64,000 nucleotides of DNA from Candidatus Aenigmatarchaeota archaeon (GTDB taxonomy: Archaea; Aenigmatarchaeota; Aenigmatarchaeia; QMZP01; QMZT01): contig JAPLVC010000001.1 in NCBI GenBank assembly GCA_026397315.1, positions 32,001 to 96,000 of the forward strand, in the 5' to 3' direction. Positions 11,801 to 20,454 of this stretch are shown one piece after another (positions within the stretch are counted from its first letter, which is position 1; every line of letters starts with the position of its first letter). Below the pieces are notes generated by a model that saw nothing but the letters and a program-made list of their open reading frames with translations, was not told where the DNA came from and did not search any database. Made by a program: the position numbers and the translations under genes.

Positions 11801-12825
11801 TGTGCCAGTCCGGGTACGTCGCGTCAGCCCACAAGTGCGTGCAGAAAGCCGGCAAGCTCGAGGTGACCGATTACACTTCAAAGGTTTACGTGGTGCAGGG
11901 AGCGACGAACGCGACCAAAGTCACGGTCAAGAACACGGGCGGATATTTGTACACGACGAAGATGACCGCGACGTCACCCATAAGCGAACTCACTGCGACC
12001 GTCACACCAGCCAGTTATTCATTAGGCATCAGCAACTCGGGCATATTCACCGTGACTTTCACCACTACCGAAGCGACCGAAGTGGGCTATCATACCGTGA
12101 CGGTGAAGGCTTACGCCTCGGAGAACGGGAGCGTTTACGTCACCAAGGACATAATAGTCGGGGTCCAGCCCGCGGAGGGAGGAAAGACCGTGATAAACAC
12201 GACCCGCGACGATTTGAAAGCGTTGTTCGCGTCGGTGACGACGCTGTTCAACCAGCTGCCGCCAAGCGCGGAACAGAATTACACGCTGGCGAACAGGACC
12301 TACACGCGCATCCTCAACATGTTCCAGGAAGTGGAGAGCAACATACAGGCGGGCAATTATCTCGAAGCGAACAGCCTTCTCACGGAGCTTAACGCTTCCA
12401 TCGCGGAGTTCAGGAGCCAGGTGAGCGGTGTAGGAGCCGCCGGCATAGGCTCGCTTTTCGGCGGCGACATGAGCGGCACGCTCATGCTGGTCGCGATACT
12501 CGTGGTGATAGTCGTCATAGGCGCGTTCCTGGCGTACCTGCTCATGCCATCGAAGAAAGGGTATCATCCGGTCCTTGGCTACCTGCCGAAAGAGAAGACT
12601 TCGATAATGGGCAAGATAACGCACGCCTTCTCGAAGCTGAAGTTCGGCGGCAGGCAGAAGAGCCTCGGCGATTTCGGGGCAAGATCCGCCGCTCCGTCGG
12701 TTCAGCCCACGCCCGTCCAGCAGGCCAGACCGGACAACAAAACGTATGCGGATGGTTACCACAGGCTCGACCAGTTCGGCCTGACCTACGACAAGACGAA
12801 ATTCAAGGACAGGGAAAAGAAGTAG
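8896..12825 (+). CDS. Large surface glycoprotein (signal peptide, Ig/CARDB-like beta domains, C-terminal TM anchor)
   Basis: Hydrophobic N-terminus, very many N-x-S/T sequons, Thr/acidic/Gly linker, small Cys-rich module, TM 'LMLVAILVVIVVIGAFLAYLLM'. Confidence 0.75.
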   Translation: MVGMMRNLRNLLFASALVLFVFLFSLYQGSAVNSSLGNFTVTPDTLYVNWTSGVINITSIAANDTFYHIQNTTEALSSQYFSSSIYPQNSYTGYNGTNTSYCFTSGASGMKFYVQNASSGAYTNLTDFINISIPTLYNIIAYQFCPPGLYNGTFNVTRNSTFIDYAIINASIIIPVSTSNTFSEASSYGFVRGTVTTGSNLIHKFYFNTSIAQNLTGVFINLTDTTDQTEDIDAYLFDSSGTLLVRSAENGTTMDNIYRELPSTSDMWQLWVLGNVSSSHSYHVNISFSTLNATNANDGLQQITSLDFGEFTPVNNQSSQINVTLRNIDTTEWSSVMQRSEIYRTETWTMKNTTGDYYFIVPSFATKVKIKIEWKGQTRWTVALNKTDTFVGNSSRKYQTGNLTSTTQEENVIYTGAISESNDGLWKISVGNISAIGDDKYNVTAQVWYNSSYWLSSDYPASGFNFNSSLGLDNSTKNVSLRITLPPANINNGNYSGFVEYYRDGSWAKRIPLSFSVRAGTLIINNTLSTVTETRHDNIGFNRAGDGALWVNLTLNNTGGSDIYFVNTTSNYTLLNSGYNISFDVQWPSSPIAAGTQKTMNISITINTNNTQNTQGLYYGEIILNTTNSTNSSSVSYPFNVYYVYLYVNLTDVVIVNVTDVSPTFIALPNISNNMTFNVTAMLANGSVISQMDLINENHFTNIRLIEGNLSANNITTLGSYGKSNISAPWDKVCPTSGGYTYCRINATQPNGAPPGGTYYGYVTVNFNTLQLGGTGERNISGTGRTAVPVTINDSGLKLHPDIFNDDNGFYENKIAYFSANISNYGPLGVTNAFVIFKKSSSTDCTNAIYSVIRTNATCSVGTVVAGSGNDIWNVTLPGFMIGATNCTLRWRVTANAVNANTDCNMILGIANNYSNFGNYTQLYITVLDNTTTTTDEDEGGGGQTTTCSSNITCGDTQYCKSGTCTNLVCQSGYVASAHKCVQKAGKLEVTDYTSKVYVVQGATNATKVTVKNTGGYLYTTKMTATSPISELTATVTPASYSLGISNSGIFTVTFTTTEATEVGYHTVTVKAYASENGSVYVTKDIIVGVQPAEGGKTVINTTRDDLKALFASVTTLFNQLPPSAEQNYTLANRTYTRILNMFQEVESNIQAGNYLEANSLLTELNASIAEFRSQVSGVGAAGIGSLFGGDMSGTLMLVAILVVIVVIGAFLAYLLMPSKKGYHPVLGYLPKEKTSIMGKITHAFSKLKFGGRQKSLGDFGARSAAPSVQPTPVQQARPDNKTYADGYHRLDQFGLTYDKTKFKDREKK

Positions 12826-12895
12826 CGCTTCCGTGCTTTTTATTTTTAACGCCATAATACCATAATAGTTTCATATATCAGCGGAAGGTGTTGAC

Positions 12896-13711
12896 GTGCT
12901 CAGGGTAATCGGAGTATCTTTGTTTTTCATCGCGCTGTTCACTCTCACTGGCTTTGTAATCGGCGCGGCCGGCGTCTTCTTCGGCTTGTGGAGCATGCGG
13001 ATTCTGACCATCGTCTCCATGATATTCGCCATGGTTTCGATTCTGCTCATAGCCGCGGCATATCATTACGCTCCTTCCGTCATACTGAAAAAATACAAGG
13101 CAAAAACAAGTGATAAAAAAGAGATTAACGCGATAGTGGACAAGATGGCCATAAACGCCAAGATCCCGACGCCGAAAGTCTGCGTCCTTCCAATCGACGT
13201 GCCGAATTCGTTCATCGTGGGCAGAAACAGGAATGACACAACCATATGCGTCACGGAAGGCGTGCTGAGCATGAACAAGGGCGAAATAGAGAACATAGTC
13301 GCCCACGAGATGTGGCACGTATACAACGGCGACTACAAGATACAGCAGTTCGTCTCGGTCGTCGCGGCCGTGCTGAGGAAGACGGGCATTTTCATACCGC
13401 TCGCCATGCTGACCGTGAGGCTCGGCCTTTCGGAGCGCGTGGAATACAGGGCGGATTATTACGCCACGAGGTTCTCCGGCAAGCCGCGCGACCTTGCGTC
13501 GGCGCTGAACAAGATGAGCGAGACGGCGAGGCAGAATCCCATGCACGGCTCTCCCACTTACGAGAGCATATGGATAGTCAATCCATTCAAGCGCGAAGGC
13601 CATCGGCGATGGTACTACACTCATCCTCCCACTGTCAGGAGGGCCAAGAGAGTCGAAGAGATGACGCACGAGGGCATGTCTGAGATACCCGAGGCGACGG
13701 AGGTGGACTAA
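12896..13711 (+). CDS. htpX: M48 family Zn metalloprotease (HtpX-like)
   Basis: N-terminal TMs, 'PNSF', HEXXH 'AHEMWH', 'EYRAD', 'THPP'. Confidence 0.85.
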   Translation: MLRVIGVSLFFIALFTLTGFVIGAAGVFFGLWSMRILTIVSMIFAMVSILLIAAAYHYAPSVILKKYKAKTSDKKEINAIVDKMAINAKIPTPKVCVLPIDVPNSFIVGRNRNDTTICVTEGVLSMNKGEIENIVAHEMWHVYNGDYKIQQFVSVVAAVLRKTGIFIPLAMLTVRLGLSERVEYRADYYATRFSGKPRDLASALNKMSETARQNPMHGSPTYESIWIVNPFKREGHRRWYYTHPPTVRRAKRVEEMTHEGMSEIPEATEVD

Positions 13712-13959
13712 TGGCAAAGAAAATCACGGACAGCATAGACAAGGAGCTGAAGCTGCTGCATACAAGGATTGAATCAGGCGGCTCCGGCATGGACGCCTTA
13801 TGCGCTACGCTGGAGAAAGTCATGCGCGACCTTAAAGTCTACGACCAGAGGCGCCACCACCACGAGCAGATGGAAGACGATTTGAACAGGCGCTTTGAAG
13901 CGCTGGTCCTCTCGCTCGAGAAGATAACGAAAACTCTCAGGGAAAACGGCATGCTCTGA
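13711..13959 (+). CDS. Small hypothetical helical protein
   Basis: Start overlaps the htpX stop (TAATG); host-like codon usage. Confidence 0.6.
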   Translation: MAKKITDSIDKELKLLHTRIESGGSGMDALCATLEKVMRDLKVYDQRRHHHEQMEDDLNRRFEALVLSLEKITKTLRENGML

Positions 13960-13971
13960 GCGACTAAAGAA

Positions 13972-14460
13972 TTAAGACGGTTTCTGTTCCTTTTTCTTCT
14001 TTACAGGGGCGGCTGCAGGCTTCTGTGCCGGCTTTACTTCAGGCTTTACAAACGTCTCGTATTCCTTCTTGAAGACCACGAGCCTGTTGTCAAGCTCCTT
14101 CCTTTCCTTGTTGTACATGTTCTTGTCTATGAGGTTGTCCTTGGAGACGATCTTCAGCGCGCCCATGTCCCTGTATATCTTCATCATGTCGGCCTTCACG
14201 TCTTTGGACGTGCGCGGGTGGGGCTTGGCTACTCCAGGCTTTACGCCTGCATCTATCTCCTTCTTGAGCTCCATGAACCTGAAAAGCATGATGGCAATCG
14301 TTATGAGAATCGCTATGAAGACACCGGTCAGGATGGTCTTTTCGAGTATGACCGTCACGCTTGGCGCGTTGAGGACTGACACTATGTAATATATGGAGAT
14401 TATCACGCCCAGAAGGAATATCGTCACGACGGTGTATTCGTTGTCTTTCATCGCGCACAT
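13972..14460 (-). CDS. Hypothetical two-TM membrane protein
   Basis: Two hydrophobic helices then a charged tail; start reassigned to the ATG at 14460 to avoid overlap with the neighbouring gene. Confidence 0.65.
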   Translation of the reverse strand: MCAMKDNEYTVVTIFLLGVIISIYYIVSVLNAPSVTVILEKTILTGVFIAILITIAIMLFRFMELKKEIDAGVKPGVAKPHPRTSKDVKADMMKIYRDMGALKIVSKDNLIDKNMYNKERKELDNRLVVFKKEYETFVKPEVKPAQKPAAAPVKKKKEQKPS

Positions 14461-14507
14461 AATATATTTTTTACGCAGCTTGCTTATTAAGTTGGAATCG
14501 AGACGGC

Positions 14508-15059
14508 TTACGGCACCAGCTTTCTGTTCTCGGACGCGCGTTTCACGAGCTCTGCTATTCGTCTCCGCCGGGTCTCCGGCCTCCTGGAGCTTATTACCCA
14601 CCATAAGAAGTGCTTCCTGTGGCTCGGGGGGAAATTGCGGAAATTCTCCCAGGCCTTCTTGTCCGCCTTTAGCGCTTTCTCAACGTCGTTTGGCATTCCC
14701 ACCAAAGACGGGACTCTCGTTTTCTCGTGGCAGGCGAATTTCTCCAGTCCCGCAGGCGTCATTTTGCCGAGCTTTATCATCTTCTTCACACGGTTTATGT
14801 TGCTCTCGGCCCACACGCTGCGCTTCCTCCGCGGGCAGAAGCGCTGCATGAACCTCTCAGTATCGAGTCTCTTGATCTGTCCGTCTATCCAGCCGAAGCA
14901 TAGGGCTTCCTCGACCGCGTCATCGTAAGGGATTCTGGCCTTTCCCGTGCCCTTCTTGTAATAAATCAGCCATACCTCCTTCCTTCGCGCATGGTTCGCC
15001 TCCAGCCACTTCCTCCACGCGCGCCTGTCGCTGGCGTAGAACGTGCCTTTCGTCTCCAT
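14508..15059 (-). CDS. YdeI/OmpD-associated family protein
   Basis: 'WRKWLEANH', 'DAVEEALCFGWIDG', 'WAESN', 'KHFLWWVISSRRPETRRRRI'. Confidence 0.9.
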   Translation of the reverse strand: METKGTFYASDRRAWRKWLEANHARRKEVWLIYYKKGTGKARIPYDDAVEEALCFGWIDGQIKRLDTERFMQRFCPRRKRSVWAESNINRVKKMIKLGKMTPAGLEKFACHEKTRVPSLVGMPNDVEKALKADKKAWENFRNFPPSHRKHFLWWVISSRRPETRRRRIAELVKRASENRKLVP

Positions 15060-15198
15060 ATGAATCCTATGCCTCCGCGAATAATATTGACGTGGCAGGG
15101 CTTCGCCCGCGCACGCTTACCTCGCTTGCCTGGCCTGAAAAGCTTTATATATATATAATATAGTATAAGGATACAAAACCCAATACGGAGGGATAAAT

Positions 15199-15432
15199 AT
15201 GGCAAACGTAACATTCGAAACTGTGAAAGCAGAGGAAATAAAATTCGGTAGGAACAACTTCCTGGAAGTTGCCCGCAAAAAGGCGACCACAGAACAGGGA
15301 GAGAACGAGTTCATAGCAATTTCTCGTGGATTCTTCCTTCCAGACGGAACGAAGAAGTTCAAGAGATCCATTGCAATACCGGACGAGCAGGAAATAAAGG
15401 ACTTCATAGCCAAGAACATAGCGGAGTTCTAA
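15199..15432 (+). CDS. Small conserved-looking protein, possible PC4/Whirly-like nucleic-acid-binding fold
   Basis: Strong TATA (TTTATATATA) and RBS (GGAGG); beta-strand pattern followed by a C-terminal helix. Confidence 0.6.
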   Translation: MANVTFETVKAEEIKFGRNNFLEVARKKATTEQGENEFIAISRGFFLPDGTKKFKRSIAIPDEQEIKDFIAKNIAEF

Positions 15433-15547
15433 TCGGGAGCTCGTGCGATTAAAAACGCAAAACAAACTGTTTATTTTTAATTTTTCTTTCTTATCATCTA
15501 GCGACTTAGACCCGAGTCTGGGGCTTTAAAATAAAATACGAAGAGAA

Positions 15548-15892
15548 TCAGCCTATGTAGCCTTCTTCCTTGCCCGAGATTATCTCAGTGTCGGCTTTCA
15601 CTACCTTTTTCTGAATCTTGGGCAGCTTTATCACGCCGTGCTTCTTCTCGTAACCATCGACGGATTTCTTGAGCGTCTCAAGGAATATCTTTGCGAATTT
15701 TATGTCGAGGATTATGACGTTGTGCTTCACGGCGATGGTCTGCTGCTGCTTGTCCTGTATCTGGTCGATCCTCGGCGTGCTCTGCTTGAAGTCAAGTATG
15801 AATTTCGATGGATTGTAGATTATGCTTATGGAATCCGAGTAGAAACCCGCATCCCTGTGGTCTATCTGGACGTTAATGCTTTTCTCTTCCAT
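15548..15892 (-). CDS. DUF3467-like protein
   Basis: 'FYSDSISI..NPSKFILDF', 'AKIFLETLKKSVDGYEKKHGVI'; RBS GGAGGTG. Confidence 0.7.
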   Translation of the reverse strand: MEEKSINVQIDHRDAGFYSDSISIIYNPSKFILDFKQSTPRIDQIQDKQQQTIAVKHNVIILDIKFAKIFLETLKKSVDGYEKKHGVIKLPKIQKKVVKADTEIISGKEEGYIG

Positions 15893-15985
15893 AATGACAC
15901 CTCCGGTCGTGCTCACATGAGAATGCAAACATGCGACAATTGTCTGATTATTGGCGCGCTTCTTAATAACTTTTCGTGACCAGCG

Positions 15986-17536
15986 TTACCTGAAGAAGTT
16001 GAGCAGTAGCGGCGAGGCGTTGAGCAGGATGAGAACGAGTATTATGGCTATCATTATTTTTATTATGAGCTCCTTGTGGCGCTTCCTTATGCGGAACTCC
16101 GCCATCACTTCCTCGAACATCTTGCCGCCGTCGAAAGGCGAGATGGGCAGCAGATTGACCAGTGCGATGTTGAAGCTCAGGAAGAATATCCAGAACAGCG
16201 TCGGCCCCAGAAAGAATACCGCCTCCGTCTGCAGCGCGTATTTGGTGCGGAATTCCTCGCGTATGTCGTACGCTTGCTGCAAGTCGATGCCTATGTAGCC
16301 GCGGCTCGCGTTGTCGGGTCTCGGGGAGAGCGTCAGGTTGAACGTGCCGTTCGACGTGGCGAATGCGACGGTCTGGTTGGGCTTAAGGCCGACAACATAA
16401 TTGTTGAAATCATCTGTCGTGTTTATTTTCTTGCCGTTTATCTCCTTTATTATCATGCCTTTCTGCAGGACGCCGTAGGAAGGCGTGCCGTTAAGGGCGG
16501 CCGTTATCTGCATGCCCGTAGGCTCTGTTATCGCATCCAGCATGGGCGACAGGACGGTCACTATCAGCAAAATGGAAAGCAGCGCCACTATCAGGTTCGT
16601 GAACGAGCCGACCGCGTATATCCTCATCTTCTCCCTGCTTCTGCGCAATCGCAGTATGCGTTCGTCAGGCTCGACAAAAGCGCCTATGGGAATGACGCTC
16701 GCCGTCAGCACGCCCGCCGATTTCAGGCGTATCCTGTGCGCGCGCGTCAGTATGCCGTGCGCCAGTTCGTGCGGCACGAGCAGGCATATCATGGCTATGA
16801 GCGCCTGCCAGAACGGGATGAATATGCCGGTTCCGGGGAAGAAGAAGCCCGGTCCCTCGTCACTCACGGTAGGCAGCAGCGGCGAAACGCCTGGGACGTT
16901 GGACTGGCCAAGCGTTATTTTCGCGGCCTGAGAGAACATCAGGCTGACCAGCAAAGCGGGTATGCCCAAAACGCCGACCAGCAGCGCGACAAAGGACCGC
17001 ATTATGGCCACGTCGGAAAATCCGGGGAAGATGGCGAACATTATAGTTCCCAGGACCGCGACGCCCGCGCAGAAATGGAAAATGGGTTTCGGGTATTTCT
17101 TCAGCAGAATCGCGCCTGCGGTCAGCATCACTAACCCGGCAGCAGCGGCTTCAAGGCCGACTGTGGTGTAAACCAGCGCGAGCGCGAATGTCCCTAGAAG
17201 CGCGTTTATGAGCCACGTGTTGCGGTATCTCGAAACATAGTATGAGCCTAAGCCGCCGAACGAGACGACAATCGCCATGTCACCGAAAAACTTCCAGAAT
17301 TCAGGAGCGAGCCTTGCAATTTTGTCCACGAAGTTAAGGCCGTGCCTCGTCTGTATGAGGAAGAATATGTAGTAGCGCTTGACTCCGAGCCTGTAAAGCA
17401 GCAGGAATCCAGCTATGAAAACGACCAGCCCGGCAATCAGATAGTTGCCAGCGACTATCGCTAGAACTGTGATTGGTCCTCCTACGGCAAGCAGCAGGAT
17501 TGTCAGAAGGACTGGAGAAATATCATTGAATTCCAT
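15986..17536 (-). CDS. Site-2 protease (M50) with PDZ domain
   Basis: HELAH, 'GAFVEPDE', PDZ-like insert, 'NLLPISPFDGG'. Confidence 0.92.
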   Translation of the reverse strand: MEFNDISPVLLTILLLAVGGPITVLAIVAGNYLIAGLVVFIAGFLLLYRLGVKRYYIFFLIQTRHGLNFVDKIARLAPEFWKFFGDMAIVVSFGGLGSYYVSRYRNTWLINALLGTFALALVYTTVGLEAAAAGLVMLTAGAILLKKYPKPIFHFCAGVAVLGTIMFAIFPGFSDVAIMRSFVALLVGVLGIPALLVSLMFSQAAKITLGQSNVPGVSPLLPTVSDEGPGFFFPGTGIFIPFWQALIAMICLLVPHELAHGILTRAHRIRLKSAGVLTASVIPIGAFVEPDERILRLRRSREKMRIYAVGSFTNLIVALLSILLIVTVLSPMLDAITEPTGMQITAALNGTPSYGVLQKGMIIKEINGKKINTTDDFNNYVVGLKPNQTVAFATSNGTFNLTLSPRPDNASRGYIGIDLQQAYDIREEFRTKYALQTEAVFFLGPTLFWIFFLSFNIALVNLLPISPFDGGKMFEEVMAEFRIRKRHKELIIKIMIAIILVLILLNASPLLLNFFR

Positions 17537-17559
17537 AGTGTTATTTTGGTAGCATACGG

Positions 17560-18141
17560 TTAAATAGCATCCCGGTTTTTTTCGGAAATATGCTTAAAAT
17601 CGGCGCGGACCTTCGAGAAAGCCGCCCTTATTTCCGGCGTCGCGATGTTCTGCTCCCCGTCCTCGAAAAACTCGGCGAATTTCTTTTTGTTTTTATCCTT
17701 CCTGGCATATTCCAAAGCCTGCATGCACATCTCCAGCTTGTCCAGGTCCTTGACTAGCTGCGCTTCTTTCGTTTTGCGTGCCACGAATTCCTTCCAGAGG
17801 CCGCGCATTTCCTTCGCTTGCGCTAGCGGCAGGCGAGAAAGCGTCTTGCGCATGCCCGCTGCTTCGCGTTTTCTTTTTTCCTCACGCGGCATCGTCCTGT
17901 CGCGGTCGTTTATCCTGTCCGGTATGTCGCCAGAGAACGCCTCGCCAAGGTCATGCACCAGCGCCATTTTGACGCACCTGTCCGCATTGAGGTTCAGCTT
18001 TTTCGCATATAAGTAAGACATGACGGCCAGCATGAAAGAATGGTCGGCAACGCTCTCAGGCGCCGCGACGTTTTTGAGAACCCACCCCGTCCGCTTGAGG
18101 CGCTTGAGCTCCCGCGCCTTATTCAAAAAAGAAAAAAACAT
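17560..18141 (-). CDS. HD-domain 5'-deoxynucleotidase (YfbR/HDDC2-like)
   Basis: 'LKRLKRTGW', 'ESVADHS', 'HDLGE', 'DLDKLEM'. Confidence 0.9.
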   Translation of the reverse strand: MFFSFLNKARELKRLKRTGWVLKNVAAPESVADHSFMLAVMSYLYAKKLNLNADRCVKMALVHDLGEAFSGDIPDRINDRDRTMPREEKRKREAAGMRKTLSRLPLAQAKEMRGLWKEFVARKTKEAQLVKDLDKLEMCMQALEYARKDKNKKKFAEFFEDGEQNIATPEIRAAFSKVRADFKHISEKNRDAI

Positions 18142-18142
18142 A

Positions 18143-18282
18143 TGCGGGAGCAGGGATTCGAACCCTGGAAGGCACTAAGCCACTGGGTATCTAATCATAG
18201 AGGCCAAGCCTCTCTTCGGGCTAGATTTCGGACAAAGCCGTGAACCTTAGCCCAGCCCCGTTGACCGCTTGGGTACCCCCGC
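18143..18282 (-). tRNA. tRNA-Leu(AAG) with 56-nt intron at 37/38 (intron 18189-18244)
   Basis: GCGGGGG/CTCCCGC acceptor, long variable arm, A73; anticodon stem CTGGG/CCCAG; BHB central helix CTAA:TTAG fixes the loop as CT-AAG-GA. Confidence 0.88.
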
Positions 18283-18381
18283 GTGCTTTGATTTTTTACT
18301 CTTTGCTAAAGTTTATAAGCTTTAAAGTTTTTATATCCTTAATTGCTTTAATTATAGTTATTATTTAATAAAGGTGATATT

Positions 18382-19161
18382 TTGAAGATAAAAATCCTCA
18401 GCAAGAAAGGTGAAAACCTGAAGTTCGTCCTTGAAGGGGCGACTCCCGCATTCGCGAATTCGATGCGCAGGATAATGATAGCTGAAGTCCCTAACCTCAC
18501 GATAGACACGGTCGAGTTCCACGACAACACGTCCGCGCTGTTCGACGAGATAGTCGCGCACAGGCTCGGCATGATTCCCCTCGAGTTTGACCCGGAAAAG
18601 TTCAACATGCAGAACGACTGCAAGTGTGACGGCAAAGGCTGTCCGTCCTGCCAGGTGTTCTTCGCGCTTGAAAAGACCGGACCGGCGATGGCATACTCTT
18701 CTGACCTGAAATCTTCCAACAAGAGTGTCAAGCCCACATCACCGGATTTCCCGATAGTCAAGCTGCTCAAGGAACAGCACATCAAGGTCGAGGCGACCGC
18801 GAGGCTCGGCACGGGCAGGGAGCACTCGAAGTTCCAGACCTCCAACGCGACCTACACTTATGTTATTTCCGTGGAATGCTCAAAGACAGACGACGCGAAG
18901 AGGATAGTCAACGCATGCCCCAAGAACATTCTCGAAGTCAAGGGCACGAAAGTCGTCCTGGCAGACCCATACGAGTGCAACGAGTGCAAGGCCTGCGAAG
19001 AGGCGAGCGGCGGGGACGTGAAGGTCGTAGGCGACCCGAGCAAGTTCGTCTTCACCGTCGAGAGCATTTCCGGCCTCGACCCCGAATACATAGTCGGGAA
19101 GGCCGCAGAGATACTTGAAGGGAAAGCCAAGGAATTCAAGGATTTGCTGAAGGATGTTTAA
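18382..19161 (+). CDS. rpo3: DNA-directed RNA polymerase subunit Rpo3 (D) with ferredoxin-like insert
   Basis: 'FANSMRRIMIAEVP', 'DEIVAHRLGMIP', 'G.GREHSKFQ', Cys cluster CP...CxxCxxC. Confidence 0.95.
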   Translation: MKIKILSKKGENLKFVLEGATPAFANSMRRIMIAEVPNLTIDTVEFHDNTSALFDEIVAHRLGMIPLEFDPEKFNMQNDCKCDGKGCPSCQVFFALEKTGPAMAYSSDLKSSNKSVKPTSPDFPIVKLLKEQHIKVEATARLGTGREHSKFQTSNATYTYVISVECSKTDDAKRIVNACPKNILEVKGTKVVLADPYECNECKACEEASGGDVKVVGDPSKFVFTVESISGLDPEYIVGKAAEILEGKAKEFKDLLKDV

Positions 19162-19369
19162 AGGGAACGGCATGACTACCAAGCTCATAGCCTCCTGGAT
19201 TTTTGGCGGCATTCTTTTATCCATAGGAGCATGGATAATGGGCCACGTCGAAGTGAATGTCGGGGTTTCTGATATCGCCTACGCCATGGCGATTATAGGC
19301 GCTTTCATACTGATTCTGCTGGGCGGGCTGGTCTGGATAAGCGTCGCTACCGCAACTTCGAAGAACTGA
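19154..19369 (+). CDS. Small two-TM membrane protein
   Basis: Two hydrophobic helices; follows rpo3. Confidence 0.6.
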   Translation: MFKGNGMTTKLIASWIFGGILLSIGAWIMGHVEVNVGVSDIAYAMAIIGAFILILLGGLVWISVATATSKN

Positions 19370-19415
19370 TTTTCAGCAGAAACGAATAAAAGGGAAACCC
19401 GACCAATAATAAAAC

Positions 19416-19634
19416 ATGTTAAGCGAAAGCGAAAAACAAGTTCTTGGGGTCTTCGGCAAGTTTCAGCTCATCAGAAAAGACGAGCTCAGGCGAGTGCTCA
19501 CCGAGAGCGGAGTCGACGAAGGCATCGTCACCGTCAACAAGCTCAGCGGCATGGGTTACCTGAAGTTCATAGAGGCTGTAGGCTCGCCGTGCTACACCAT
19601 AACGCAAGAGGGTATCAGGGTCCTTAAGACATAA
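19416..19634 (+). CDS. Small winged-helix protein
   Basis: 'LSESEKQVL...VNKLSGMGYL...YTITQEG' wHTH pattern. Confidence 0.65.
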   Translation: MLSESEKQVLGVFGKFQLIRKDELRRVLTESGVDEGIVTVNKLSGMGYLKFIEAVGSPCYTITQEGIRVLKT

Positions 19635-19703
19635 AAACCCTCGCGCTTCTTTTTTATTAAAACCATAACAACAGTTAATAGACGGCAGACCGTCTTGCAT
19701 TTT

Positions 19704-19827
19704 AGCCCCGTAGTCTAGTGGCCAAGGATCCCAGGCTTTGGATTCACGAAGTCCAAAACTTCGAGCAGGTTTCGCCTGCGGTGAGAGAAGAAACCTGGTG
19801 ACGGCGGTTCGAATCCGCCCGGGGCTA
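19704..19827 (+). tRNA. tRNA-Gln(TTG) with 51-nt intron at 37/38 (intron 19742-19792)
   Basis: AGCCCCG/CGGGGCT acceptor, CCAGG-CT-TTG-G/A-CCTGG, BHB helix CTTT:GAAG, TTCGAAT loop. Confidence 0.93.
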
Positions 19828-19835
19828 TTCGCTTT

Positions 19836-20390
19836 TCAGCAAAAATAATCATAAAAAAATTCGTCATCAGCGACCAGTTCTTTCAGCCTTTTCTCGGTGG
19901 ATTCAACTTCTCCCGGGGCAATGGGTTCCCAATGCTCGAGGTCGAACCAGTAGCCCATGCCCCTTTTCGTGTCGAACATGAAACCATCCCCGCTGCGTTG
20001 CAGAATAGGCTTTATGCCACCTTCGGTGAAGATTTGGTGCATTTCTTTCATGAACGCGGCGATAGCTCTGTCAGCATCGGCGCCTTTCAGACAGCGGACT
20101 TTTTTGGCCAGGTCGCCGATATCCATCATAACCACAAAATAACCGGTTTCGTTTCCGGTATCCGCTGGTAGGACGCCAGGTCTTGTTATGACGGGCGTTT
20201 GCTTGCCGATTTCCTTAAGCTTTAGAGAATAAAAGACCTCGTTGCGGGCATTGTCAATCTGGCCTTCGCTGAACTCTTTGGCTATATAACCGTTGCCCAG
20301 GTCATAAATGACGTGCCTGCCACCGCTATAGCTCCTGTTGTTTCGCCTGACGGAAGACTCTATTGAACGGATAATCTGCCCTGTATCCAT
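19836..20390 (-). CDS. Hypothetical protein, possible degenerate protein-kinase-like fold
   Basis: 'GGRHVIY..GNGYIAK', 'E' helix, 'YWFDLE' at the DFG position; catalytic loop not canonical. Confidence 0.45.
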   Translation of the reverse strand: MDTGQIIRSIESSVRRNNRSYSGGRHVIYDLGNGYIAKEFSEGQIDNARNEVFYSLKLKEIGKQTPVITRPGVLPADTGNETGYFVVMMDIGDLAKKVRCLKGADADRAIAAFMKEMHQIFTEGGIKPILQRSGDGFMFDTKRGMGYWFDLEHWEPIAPGEVESTEKRLKELVADDEFFYDYFC

Positions 20391-20454
20391 GGAGAATTAT
20401 TGGTTTTCATATTTAAAAATTTATCACTCAAACGTTGTAATAATTTTTTGCTTT

